DNA of 64,000 bases from Eledone cirrhosa (taxonomy: Eukaryota). This document shows positions 28,866 through 42,200 of the stretch, piece by piece; position 1 is the first letter of the stretch, and each line of letters starts with the position of its first letter. The notes under the pieces were generated by a model. It was not told where the DNA came from and searched no databases. It saw only the letters and a list, made by a program, of their open reading frames with translations. The position numbers and the translations under genes were made by a program. The stretch lies in contig OZ024743.1 in assembly GCA_964016885.1 (NCBI GenBank), positions 179,986,001-180,050,000 on the forward strand, given 5' to 3'.

Positions 28866-28939
28866 CTAGCAGAAAAACCACCCCCCGGGTGGTTTTCTGC
28901 TAGCATGTGTAGTGTGTATATTGATATTATATGCATGTA

Positions 28940-29079
28940 GATACTTTATTTTATCGACCCCGTGAGGATGAAAGGCAAAGTTAACCCAGCGGTATTTGAA
29001 ATCAGACAGTAAAGGGACGTAACTCCATGCTATGAAGCATGGTGTCCGACTCTCTACAGATTCTGCCAATCCACCGCCC
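28940..29079 (-). mobile_element. tRNA-derived SINE (OR-like)
   Basis: TTTATCGACCCCGTGAGGATGAAAGGCAAAG...GATTCTGCCAATCCACCGCC. Confidence 0.82.
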
Positions 29080-29417
29080 TAATGTCTGTACGTAATGAGG
29101 TAGTGAGAGGGGAGAGAAAGAAAGACAGAGGTGAAGTGACGAAGTGACTCTCTCCTCCTCCTCCTCCTCCTCCATCTCCCCATTCGTCAGAGCGATAGAG
29201 GGGAGGAATGTTAGTGTGTTACAAAGAGAAAGAGTGAGAGTGAGAGAAACAGACAGACTAAAAGAGAGGGATAGCTGGAGAGAGAGAGATAGCAACAGAT
29301 ACAGTACAGTAGCTAAGGGATGTATATATATTTCTGTGTGTATATATATATACATTTCTGTGTGTGTAATATATATATATATATACACACAGAAATATAT
29401 ATACATTTCTGTGTGTA

Positions 29418-29448
<31 letters not shown>

Positions 29449-29574
29449 AATATATATATATTTCTGTATGTGTGTATATATATATATATTACACACACAG
29501 AAATGTATATATATTTCTCTGTGTGTATATATATATATATATATATTACACACACAGAAATGTATATATATATC

Positions 29575-29615
<41 letters not shown>

Positions 29616-29639
29616 CACACACAGAAATGTATATATGTT

Positions 29640-29948
29640 TCTGTAGCACTCCTCAATTCCCCGCTCTCTCCCTCCCGCTATCCCCCTCTTGTAGTCTGTT
29701 TCTTTCTTTCACTCTCACTCTCTCTCTACGCGTGCGCAAAAAACATTCGCACGCGCGCACGTGTTTTAGGGTCTATTCACACTCTCTCTCTCCCTCTCTC
29801 CCTCCCCCTATCCCACTCTCGTAGTCTGTCTCTTTCTTTCACTCTCACTCTCTCTCTACGCTTGCGCAAAAAACATTCGCACGCGCGCACGTGTTTCCAC
29901 TGTCGGACAGACAGACAGAGAAATTGCTGGTTATATATTATAAGGAGA
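29640..29948 (-). mobile_element. Probable Helitron 5' portion with ~120-bp tandem duplication
   Basis: Minus strand starts A|TCTCCTTATAATATATAACC followed by (TCTG)n, as in the other Helitrons. The 3' CTAG end was not located. Confidence 0.45.
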
Positions 29949-30192
29949 TAACTTTCTGCAAATATCAGTGAAGCAGACACCAAGTGATAGATCATAGCCA
30001 GGATTGAGAATGTTTCTTATATAGCGCGGTAGAGGGCATGATAGTGTATCTAAACACATGGATTTGGTATTTGATTGTGAAGAAACTAACATTTTACTTT
30101 TTATATTTTACTTTTATATTTTACTTGAAGACGTTTTTCGGTATTTTAATTAAAATAACAACAGAAACATAATAAAAGTAACCATAATAATA

Positions 30193-30292
30193 ATTGTTTC
30201 TACGTTAGGCACAAGGGCAGCAATTTGAAGAAGAGGGGAAAATTTATTAAATCGAGCCCACTGCTTACTCGTTCTTTATTTTATCGACCCCT
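30193..30292 (-). mobile_element. SINE 3' fragment
   Basis: GGCACAAGGGCAGCAATTTG...TTTTATCGACCCC. Confidence 0.7.
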
Positions 30293-30564
30293 TAAGATTC
30301 CTGCTTTGCTTGAACAATATATTAAATATTAAATCTTCTCTAATATTTAACTCTGCTAACCCAAACATTGAGCACACTCCGCTTCGGCTATTGGCATTTA
30401 GTAATCTATATTACACTTCTCCTTATCTCTCTGGTCCTTCCTTCTCTCCTACAATACTCATACCCTATTATATATAGATATATATAGATATATGTGTGTG
30501 TGTGTGTGTGTGTGTATAGCGAGAAAGAGCGGAATGGCTTATATATATATATATATATTTAAAA

Positions 30565-30747
30565 AAACATAAACCCTACATCTCCATTTAACTTTTGAAA
30601 ATCATAAGAACATAAGAACTGTGAAACCGGTAAAGGAAATAAATAACTATTCTTAAAAAGACTTCAGTTGCATTTAAATTTCTTTTCCTTAAACTTTCAC
30701 CCGTGTAGGACATCTCGTATTTTTTATTTTAAAAAAAACCGCATTTT

Positions 30748-30750
<3 letters not shown>
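30565..30750 (+). mobile_element. Solo pLTR of the Neptune family with a U3-A8 HHR (30592-30636)
   Basis: CTT-TTGAAAA...GAAA-CCGG-TA-AAGG and CGTGTAGGACA align with 56545-56737. Confidence 0.8.
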
Positions 30751-30846
<96 letters not shown>

Positions 30847-31081
30847 ACACATATATTTTTATTGTTTGACCCGAATTACTTGGTCGTTTGTTTTGGCTGT
30901 GCGGATGATATGTTTAACCATCATCTCAGTGTGTTTGGCCCTTAACGTATGTTGTAGCTCTGATTCACATGAATCATCGAGCGCTTGCCACACATATCGG
31001 ATGTTGATTTTCGTTAATTCCTGTGCTGAAATACGATTCTCGCTAATTTATATTTGTATATATATATATATATATATAGGT

Positions 31082-31330
31082 TGCATCTTTTCAGGGTATG
31101 TCAATACTTATTTTTAAAATTAATCTATATTATATTTTATGTGATGAAAGCGCACCATAATCTGCTTTGGTGGCCCTTGAAATGTGTATAATGAAATAAA
31201 TATGGTTTTATAAATATAGTTTACATTTGTTAATATATTGTATATTTACTCCAAAATTTGTTGAGTGCTTTATATCAGTTATAAAATTATTTTGCTTGTT
31301 GTATCCCAACAAATTAAATATAACCTCTAC
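31082..31330 (+). mobile_element. Dispersed ~270-bp non-coding repeat with degenerate HHR, copy 1
   Basis: Homologous to 50853-51127 and 60429-60701. GTGATGA-AAG..CACCA/TGGTG..CTT-GAAA. Ends in (TA)n. Confidence 0.75.
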
Positions 31331-31888
31331 ATATATATATATATATATATATATATAGAAAGGATGAATATAAAATGAAAGTGCTTTTGTTAAAAAAGGA
31401 ATTTATTAGGTATTGACATATGTTTCTGTAACAGACCGAATACCTATGTATCGCTGCTTGCGTAATCATATAATGTTAGCAAGTATTCGATAGCAAATGT
31501 ATAAACAGTTGTCACTTCTTCAGAGATTTTGGATAAACTGGATAAAATCAGAAAAATTGAAGTATTTATATTAGTAAAAGAGGAAGGAACAGAGGGGATA
31601 GAATATGACAGATGGTAAAATAATTTACTGCTAAACAAGTATATAATGGGTTTTTAATGAGAATACCATGAGTAAATCTAAATAAGAATTTTGGGAGTGC
31701 CGATTTTAATCTCTACTTGACCAACTGGACAGTGGACAGGGCTGGTCATTTGGTGCAGTAGTATTAATCATAAAGTGTCAATTGGGGAAGGGGGAGATTT
31801 CGATTGCTACTAAATAACATCAATGCTAGTAGTCAGCTGGTATTTCCACTAGGGAATTGAATAAAAAAATCAGAAATCTCATTTTATC

Positions 31889-31933
<45 letters not shown>

Positions 31934-32326
31934 GAGAGAGATAGATAGAAGGAAATTAGAAAAGTAGTAGGACAAAAAGAGTGAAACAATTCCTCTGTGT
32001 ATGATAAAAGGTCTGAATATGTTAGCCATTCTAGAAATAATCTACAGCTACAACAGAATAGAGTGGAAATTAAGTACAGTGAAGTGACTAGATATGTGCA
32101 CCAGCAAACTATTCTCAGACTCCCCTAAAGCTGAGAGAGATACGATTTACTTAACAACGGCACCATAACGTGGGGGCTGCATACAGATTGTGTACTATTC
32201 TAAAAAATTAAAATAGATTACTAATACATGGAACAAAATAATGATTAGTATACTAAGGCAACATGAAAACAAGATAATATAATTAGTTATATATCTGCAT
32301 ATAGAAATGTGTGTATATATATATAC

Positions 32327-32366
<40 letters not shown>

Positions 32367-32393
32367 CTATATATATATATATATATATACATA

Positions 32394-32426
<33 letters not shown>

Positions 32427-32498
32427 TGTATATATACTGTATATATACTGTATATATATTTATATATATTCATATATAAATATTTGTATATATATATA

Positions 32499-32566
<68 letters not shown>

Positions 32567-33294
32567 GAAGGTAGAAGTTTATTCCACCAATGAAAATTAT
32601 TTAGATAAGGAGAGGATTATACAACACGTACCTAATACTTAAAAACAAGGAAAATATAGCTTTATAATTATTATGAGACAGCAGATGATTTAATAAAGTC
32701 AATTTCTATGTATACATCAGTACAGTGTAAAATCTAATAAAATATATACTTATATAAAAACAAAATAACAGAAACTTTAAGGCCGACCAAATATATAATA
32801 ACCTACAGAAAACAAAATGAAAGCAGAACAACAAAATAATATATTTGAGTAATATATTTGGGAAATAATTCATTGCCTATATCCCACAAAAATAGACTCA
32901 GACAAAATAAAGGAATGTCTATGTTCTGTCAGCTATATTGAACTCGATTATACTCACACATCCTGACCCTTCAATTAAACGATGTATGAAAGATAGTTCA
33001 ATCATTATATCTTTCAAAGAATATGGCCGGAATATATCAGTCAGAAAATGATAGAGAGGAACATTCAGCATAGTTAACCCCGATGTATTAGAATCTCATT
33101 TATTTAATACAGTGAATAAAGAAAACATTTATCAACTGAGATTATTCACGTAATTCGTGTATTAATCTCTATGAAGTAGTGAGTAAAATATAATATAAAC
33201 CTAATCCCAGGAGGATGAATCTGATATCAGCTGGTTGAAAATGTTGGATAATATTGAAAATGTAGATTAGTGTTGAACATATATTCTAAGCAAA

Positions 33295-33430
33295 TTGTTA
33301 AAAGCAACTGAATGTTTCGTGGAATGTCGATCTTCGTGTGAGCCTCGTGAGATGGAGTGGCTGTTCCAGCGCATCTCCTTCACCGTCCTCTGGATCGAGT
33401 TATTCTCCATCCTGTCAGCCGGGACCCACA
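33295..33430 (+). mobile_element. CRE-clade non-LTR retrotransposon C-terminal fragment
   Basis: EPREMEWLFQRISFTV...SIL resembles the PRE..FQR(I/L)S C-terminus of CRE-like RLE elements (motif recall). Confidence 0.6.
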
Positions 33431-33569
33431 GGCAGGCGCAGGGTAAGTTAAACATTGGTAGTGGAGGATACTCGATCAGACGTCACAAACAAAAATGAAA
33501 TTGTGGTCAAGGCCTGCCAAGACATCGTTTTCCAGATTAATATAAGGAGTGTTTGATTATGGTTTTGTT

Positions 33570-33650
33570 ACAGGACAGCTATTGAAAATGTTCCCCACTA
33601 GTGGATTCTGGAGACATTATCTATGAATAAGTTAGTACCAATAATACATA
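33570..33650 (+). mobile_element. Old R4-like RT remnant
   Basis: AIENVPH*WILETL resembles AFDNVPH.WI in the younger R4 copies. Confidence 0.45.
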
Positions 33651-33884
33651 TACACAGGGAACATGTTATATGCAAATAGAATATTGATGTAGAGATTCAA
33701 ACTAATCGCCTGTTAGCATTTAATATCCTGGAAGTTTTTAGGCACTACCATTGTTACTGTCGCACTATTTCTCGCCATGGGACTTGGAGACTGGAGCCGA
33801 ATGCTATCATTCTATTGTACAGCAATAGGAGACAGATTTCTTTCATATATATATATTTTTTCATATATATATATGCAGAGGGTA

Positions 33885-33948
<64 letters not shown>

Positions 33949-34552
33949 AGAAGAATCTAACTATCTATCTATATTATCTATTAGTTTGTTTTATTTACTT
34001 CTAAGCTGCATTATATTCTGCTTTCTCTATCTATATCCAATTGTTTTTACTTCAGACTATAACATTTATCGATCATGCTACGATTTGTTGATGTAAATAT
34101 AAAGCGAAAGGTGTCGATAAACTATCAGCACCATATAAATGACCATAGGTAAATAGGTAGAAATCTCGTTATGAAATATCATGACATATCAATGGACGTG
34201 TAGATGTATTTGAACTTGAAAATTATTACTAGTGACACATTGAAGAGAGGAAATTGAAGTATAATATAATTATATTAATATTAGGTTAGATAAAGATATG
34301 TTTATAAGAGAATTGGACGGAAGTCAAACATAGAAATACTTAGAAATTAATGAACTATAAACAAAACACAACAGACGGACACTAAAGAAAAGGTTATGAA
34401 TATAATAGAAACATTAGATTAATATTTAAAACAACGAAATAACAAAATATAGTAAAATAGGAGTCAATTTCCTCATCGTTTTAGTGAATCTAAGTCATAA
34501 CATTTTCAAGTTAAGTGAATTAAAAAGAGTAGGTACGAAATAAAGGGAGAGA

Positions 34553-34763
34553 ATTGTTTCTAATTTTAGCAAATTGCCAGCAATTTGAAGGAGTGGAGAA
34601 AGTCGATTAAATCGACCGCAGTTCATTACTGGTACTTATTTTATCGACCCTGTAAGTATTAAAGGCAAAGCTAACCTCGGTGAGATGTAAACATAGAATG
34701 TAAAGAGGTATAACATTATTCCACAAAGCATGTTTTCCAACGCGCTACCGATTCTGCAAATCC
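34553..34763 (-). mobile_element. tRNA-derived SINE (OR-like)
   Basis: CTGGTACTTATTTTATCGACCC, AAAGGCAAAGCTAACCTCGG, CTACCGATTCTGC. Confidence 0.8.
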
Positions 34764-35368
34764 AGTACATTTAGAATACCTGATACAGGAGCCAATGTCC
34801 AACGATTATAGTTACCACGAACAAAGAAAAATAGAGTTATTCTGCAACTAGAAATGTATTACTAAATACCTCCTCTATCTGATATATCTAAATACTAAGA
34901 AACTCTCTGAAGAGCTTCTGTTGTCCAACGCTCCTGGGAATTTTATACCACTTATATATGTTAGATTCAGTATATATTTATTACTAAATGTCTACTTGCG
35001 GTATATCTCTGTTTTTCTTTGTTGTTGGTAAAAAATAAACAAAGGATTTAAAATATATAAATATATGATTTAAAATAGATAAATAAACGATTTAAATAAA
35101 TAATTAAATACATAAACATTAACTATATACTGTATCTAAAATCTCTAAAGATTAAAGATGAAAGAAATAGTAACAAAACAGGAAATACGAATATTAAGGA
35201 ATCGAAAAGTATGTTTCAAGTGTAGACACATAAAAAAGTGTTTAAAAAATTAAAACTAATTTAAAAAGGGAAAATATTATAAAATAGAGGCAATAATAAT
35301 TATTTTATCATAAAGAGAAAACAGAACAGTGAATACAACTCCGATGAAATTGTGATATTTTGTAACGA

Positions 35369-35470
35369 GGGGATCGCGGTGTATCGGTGGAGCGTCTCGA
35401 ACAAGATGCTTTGTGGCATTTAATTACTGCCTTCTACGGTCTGAGATCAAATCTCTCCGAGACTCGCTTT
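35369..35470 (+). mobile_element. SINE 5' head fragment
   Basis: ATCGGTGGAGCGTC...TCTGAGATCAAATCTCTCCGAG. Confidence 0.55.
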
Positions 35471-35474
35471 AAAT

Positions 35475-38136
35475 TATATTTAGAAAAATATGGGGTGAAA
35501 AGAAGAATTTCAACCAAGAGGCAGTGTGGCTAAAAGAAATCCAAAATAACTATTCCTTCTACACTACAACAAAAACATACGAAATATATGAGGATACCCT
35601 TGAGACTGTAATAGGAAAACTCCAAGATGAGAAAACACCATGAAGAGACATGATTGTCGGCTACTGGTACAAAAAAACTGATATTCTATACGATGTATCT
35701 CATCGACCTCTACCAACAAGCTCTCAAGGGAGATACCCATATACCATAATGGTTGACATTAGCACAAGCAATACTGGTCCCTAAGAACAAAGTCACCTAC
35801 TTGGAAAAAAACTACCGACCCATTGCATGCCAGAACCTGATGTATAAGATGTATAGAGCCTGTCTGAACCTATTTCTCCAAGATCACTGTGAAAATAATA
35901 ACATCATCTCATATGAACAAGCGGCTGAAAAGAATGGTGTTTGGGGTGTGTTGAATAACTCCCAATTAACAAAACTGCGATGTCGGAGGTGCTGCAACTG
36001 CGGAGGAATATGGCTACAGTCTGGCTGAACTGCAGGAAAGCATTTGATTCTCTTCTCCACTCTTGGATGATAGAGGCCCTCCGTCTTGCTAAAGTCCCAG
36101 AGATTATTATCAGAGCCATAAAGAAGCTATTTTCGTGGGATACTATCTTAAAGTTAAAAACAAAGAAGGAGGACTATATTTTCACCGATAAAATAGAATG
36201 CCATACGGGTATATTACAAGGAGACACTCTCTCTGTACGCTAGTATTTATCCTGTCATTAAACACCTTATCCTTTCTGCTCGGGAAATGTAAAGGATATA
36301 TCATTGGCTCACATGTGAACAGAAATACGAACTTAACCCATAATTTCTTTGAACCTGAAACTCTATGCCAAGAACATAAAAGGGATGAAGATAAATCTTG
36401 ACCTGGTTACAATATTCTCAAAGGATATAGGAATGGAGTTTGGCCAAAATAAATGTTCATATATGATTGTAAAGCGGGTAAAAACTACAACCCAATCTAA
36501 CAACATTTTTATCACTGGTCTAACTGTTTCACCGATATCTGACGAGGACTGCTACAGATACCTGGGGATAGATGAGGATATATCCTATAATGGTATTTTT
36601 AATAAAGAACACGTAACGAAGGAATATTACACCCGATTAAGAAAAATATGATCATCGGAACTCTGTGCGCACAATATAACAGTGGCTCACAATGTGTTTG
36701 CTGTGCCTGTCCTAACACAAATGTTTGGAATACTCGATTGGACGATAGACGAAATCCGAGCAATTGATGTTAAAACTGGAAAAATTCTAAACAACACCGG
36801 AAACTTTCACATCAACAGTGATAGAGACCGCCTCTACTTGAAACGTAAGCAGGGAGGCAGAGGCCTAACATCAGTCCAGACAGCATTTGAATGTCGCATC
36901 ATATCTCCCCGACAACATTTACGAACCACCAAACGTAGGAACCCATCTATTGAGCAAGTGTATCTGCATGAGAAAGATAGGATCATTAGAGTTGCGAAGT
37001 AACTCTTTTAAAGTTACTCCCTGCATGATAATCAAAATCTCACACGCAGGGAAAGTGCCCAGCAATACCGCAGAGAATCCATGGATGAAAAACTGCATGG
37101 TTATCAGCAAAACGGCATGCATGGATATGTTGCCAGGAAGCTCCAGAGTGAGAGTGATATAGATGAGCAAATTAGTCTATTTTGGACCAACGACCGCTAT
37201 ATTGGCTTCCACTTTAAAGGATATGTTTTTGCAATCCAAGAACAGGAAATCAACACAAAATACCTGATTCACAAAAGAGACAGGGATGCAGGCAAAACAC
37301 CTAGATGTGACAATAAGTGCAGAATCTCCAGAATTAACATCGAGGATGTGACCCATGTCATAAGCAGCTGTCCAAGCATATCATCACTGTACTATCTACT
37401 TATTAGGCATGATGTAGTGGCCAAAACATTGTACAATGCAATCCGTAGAAATGATTGCCCCGTCAATAAACACATTGAAAGTTACAGCAATGTGGAAGAC
37501 ATATACATGCATAGAATGAAAGAGCACTGGTGGAATGTTCCAGTAAAAACCCCAATAAAATGTAAATATAACAGACCAAATATGATGATATGGGACAGGG
37601 AAAAGAAGGCATGCACAGTAGTAGAAGTAAGCTGCCCAGCAGGTGCCAATATAATATTAAAGATCAGCGAAAAGGATAATATCTATGCAGAACTAATGAG
37701 AAATCTGCAGATACTCCACCCTAACTATACATTCAGATTAATACATGTGATTATTGGAGCACTGGGATATGTCAGTAACTCCCTCAGTATAAATCTTCAG
37801 AAGCTGGGCTTCACAGAAACAGAAAGAACACGACTAGTTAGGAAATTACAAGTATAATCCATTAATGGAACAGAAAAATTATGTAACATTCCAACAAATG
37901 TGCATCTAATAACTGCACATGTACAGATAAAAAACATATGCACATGCACATATATAACTCAAAACATACACATCAACACATACATTAACATCCTTTCCTG
38001 CATACACATGCATACATGCAGAGATTCATACATACCTAGTTGATATTTAAATTCCAATGAGAGAGTTTTGTATCTATGTTAGAGACCGAGTCTCTTCCTA
38101 TTGGTAAAAATTTATAAAATCATAAAACCAGAAGAA
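35475..38136 (+). mobile_element. R4/Dong retrotransposon family A, 5'-truncated and decayed
   Basis: NYRPIACQNLMYK, KAFDS, GILQGDTLS, GGRGL, CCHC (DNKCRI..HVISSC), RHD, RLE (NRP..IWD..VEVSCP). 3' UTR ends in TACA repeats. Confidence 0.9.
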
Positions 38137-38236
38137 TATACATACATACTCGAAATTAAGAAAAAGAGAAATATACACACACACACGCATACATACATAT
38201 ATACACACATATACACACACACATATGCATACATAC

Positions 38237-38271
<35 letters not shown>

Positions 38272-38276
38272 TACAT

Positions 38277-38882
38277 GGTGGCTGCCAACTCGTTTTCGAG
38301 TACGGCCACTACTTTATATCCATGTAGGAGAACCCCTACCGATGCGCTGAACGAGTGTGACTTTTTAGTCCAACCAGCGACTTGAAAACTCTGGTACAAA
38401 CACTAAACTTGTGACAATTATTGACACAGTGCTGGGCCCAAGGTACCATGTGATGACAAGTGCAGAGAGATCTCCAGATATAAAGCAATGCCTGTACCGT
38501 GAAGCTTTTATAGTGAGCAAAGGCACTGCACAAAGCCAGTCCCACTCTCTTAACCAAGATGATAATTACCAAAAAGAAGAACAAGTCAACATCATTGGAT
38601 ATCATCAGGGTTGCAGGTGTTATATTAGAGTTTTCCATCTCCTAGAATTCTGCCTTGACAAAGGCTAAGGGGTCATCTCTCCCGGTGATTTTGGATGGCC
38701 ATTGACTCTTAAGAGCTCCTTTGCCCTTTGACAGGTTTTGTTTTTTGTCCTGCAGGATGTCCAAAGTCACCCTCCTCACCAAGAAACCTTGGTGGGGTTG
38801 CCAGTTTAGTCGCCAACGACCCGACCATGGGACAGGTTGTACTGGGATACATGTTACCAGTAGCACCAACTGGTGACCTGAC
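38277..38882 (-). mobile_element. Probable RTE-type LINE 5' UTR fragment
   Basis: Minus-strand GGGTCGTTGGCGACTAAACTGGCAACCCCACC resembles RTE 5' leaders (recall). Its first 57 nt are duplicated at 39086-39142. Confidence 0.5.
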
Positions 38883-39264
38883 ATATATATATACATATAC
38901 ATATATATATACACATATATATACACATATATATGTACATACATATATATACATATATACACACACATATACATACACACATATATACATACATATATAT
39001 ATACATACATACACATACATATATATATACATATATATATATATATACATAAACATACATATATATATACATATACATACATATACCATGAGACAGGTTG
39101 TACTGGGATGCATGTTACCAGTAGCACCAACTGGTGACCTGACATACATACATACATACATACATACATACATACATACATACATACATACATACATACA
39201 TACATACATACATACATACATACAATCATACATACATACATACATACATACAGAAAGACATACA

Positions 39265-42200
39265 CACAATAATGGCGACCGTTGTGGTCAGTGTCCGATA
39301 ATCGGACGTGTGTAATTACGGCTTACATGAAGGCAACATACCATATATTGGAAAATGTTGAGCTACATTACGCAGTAAGATTACATACAATAATTCTACA
39401 TAAGGTTATGAACTGTAAGTGTGTTGTAGAACACCTATTTATATGAACAATACATACACTTATGATATATGAACGATACATACACTTTAACATATAAATG
39501 CAACGTTGTTATATTATATTTATAAAGAAATATACAAGTAACGTTTTCGATTCAGAAACAAAAACATAAGTGTTTGAATTGTGAATAGTTTGTGAATAAG
39601 TTGTAGGACACCTATTTATATGAATGATACATAAACTTTAACATATAAATACAGCGTTGTTATATTATATTACATTCATAGAGAAATATACTAAGTAACG
39701 GATCTTTTTGTTCTCGATTCAAACGATTCAAGAACAACGTTTAAAACACAGTTGTAGAATAAAAAAACTAACTGAAAAGAAATATTACCCAAGCTGTGAA
39801 TAACTTTAAATTTGATTCTGACAGAACTTTGTCGAAACTTTTAAAGAAGATCATCGACTATTTTGAAAAATAAATACGAAATATTAGTGAATAGACGAAC
39901 TCATCATGGCAAAAAGTACAAGTCTCCTTCGACCAAATCGCAACTACAACCGTTGTATACAGTCGAGCTACGAGCTTAACAAAGTATTATATGAAGCATA
40001 CAAACAATCTGAACCCCAAAAGTTCGGTTTTATGCAAAGGCTAAAAACTTTATGGAACTCCAAACACCCAGAATTAGACTTTTCTCCACAGCATTTAAAT
40101 GAACAGCCAAAACGTATCATTAGATGTAAATTGATACATCTAACGGAATTGAGTGATACTACAAATACAGCCCTTGTAGACAACCACCCCAGCTCCACTG
40201 ACAGACAAAGAGAATGGCCAGCTAAATCTAACAGGGAACAGCTCACCAACAATTTTGCTGAAATCCATCCCACTTCCACTGAAGAACAGCGAGAAAGGTC
40301 AGCTAACTCTAGTAGTAATTGTCACCACATCAACAACGAGGCTGAAATTCATGACTCTACTGAACAAACAGAGCACCAAAAACTTGTGGACACCCTACAA
40401 GTGATATGGAACGATATGTTTCAAGAGATACACAGCCTTAATGTGAGTGACAGACCATACAACACCAGAATCAGTAAAGAACCCACTAAATTGGAATTGG
40501 AAGCGGTGAACGAAATAGCTGGCAATTATCTGAAGGCTATACGATCTAAAGGTGTAGAAACGACATTTGAAACGCTTAATGTTTTGTTATATGTTTCAGC
40601 TGTCACATTGCTATCATATAACACACATCTAAAACCACGCACTCAAGATACAAACAGAAAGCCTGAACCAGCGTGGATGCGAAATTTACAACCAAAATTT
40701 TGTTCCTGAGACGAAGTATCTCACACATCGCAGTCGTTATGAAATGCAACATAGAGAGCAACTTCACACGACACCAGGAAGACCTAAAGAAAAAGTTAGA
40801 GAGACGATTTGGAGATACAAAATTTAAAACTTTGAACTCCAAATTACACCAGTTGAAACAACAACTCACAGCTACAACAGAAAGACTAAAATATAAGTCA
40901 ACAGCACATAAACGACAAGTGCTAAATAGATTGTTTGCCAGAGATCCTAAATCAGTTTAGCGCAGCTTCGGTGGCAAAAGCTCAATCCCTGTAAACGACA
41001 CCCCTTCAAAAGAACAGGTTGAAAGCTACTGGAGATCTGTATGGAAAACGGATGAAGGATTCAACAGACAAGCTAATTGGCTAAAAGAACTGGAACAGGA
41101 CTACTGCCAACATGTCCAGACAAAACAATATGACATAGATGGGTCAATACTGGAAACAGCTCTACAGAAAATGTCGAATAGGAAATCGCCAGGCCCAGAC
41201 CTCATTACAGGATACTGGTTGAAGAATTTCACTTTCTATCGGCAAGATCTCATACGGCTCTTTACAGAAACCATTAAAGGCACACAAGAACTGCCCAGAT
41301 GGTTATCAACTGCCACTACTCTCTTCATTCCCCAAAATAGCCAAATCACCCTTGCTAAAAGTTACCGACCAATTGCCTGCCAAAACATCATGTATAAATT
41401 ATATACTGGGTGCCTTAACCTGTTCTTACAAGATCACTGTGCTACCAACAACATCATAACACCTGAGCAAGCTGGTGGAAAAAGGGAGGTGTGGGGTTGC
41501 ATAGATCACCTACTAACTAACAAAATGATTCAGGAAAAAACAACAAAGAATCGCAGAAACATGACTGTGGTGTGGCCGGACTATCAAAAAGCATTTGATA
41601 ATGTACCTCATGGGTGAATTATTAAGGCTTTACAGTTAGCTAAAGTCCCACAACCATTGGTAGCTGCTGTTGAACGCTTGACCAAGAACTGGTACACCAA
41701 TTTGATCCTTAGAGGTGAGAAGGAGCAGGTTAAGACTGATAAGATACATTACCAGAAGGGCATCTTTCAGGGTGATAGCCTGTCAGTGCTACTCTTCGTT
41801 CTCTCACTGAATCCACTATCTTACCTACTCAGGAAACAAGGTGGACAAAGAAGTGGGCCCAAAAGTATCTCCTATCTTTTCTTTGTTGATGACCTGAAGT
41901 TGTATGGGCCAAATATCAATGACATCAAGAAACAATTGGACCTCATTACACAATTTTCAACCGACATCAAAATGAAATTTGGTGAGTCCAAGTGTGCATA
42001 TTTGGCAGTAAAACGTGGAAGAGCTGTGCCCTCCTCTAGAGATCTGGAGATGAACGGCCTGACAATACAACCTCTGCAGTCAGGTGACAACTACAGATAT
42101 CTTGGACAGGATGAGAATGTCAGATATGATGGACCCATAAATAAGGAGAGAACCAGAACTGAATACCTCAGAAGAGTAAAGAAAATACGGTCATCAGAAC

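Noticed and set aside
29320-29645. CRISPR-like repeat-spacer array
   Set aside because: The units are separated only by variable (TA)n, so it is a eukaryotic minisatellite. There are no unique spacers or cas genes.
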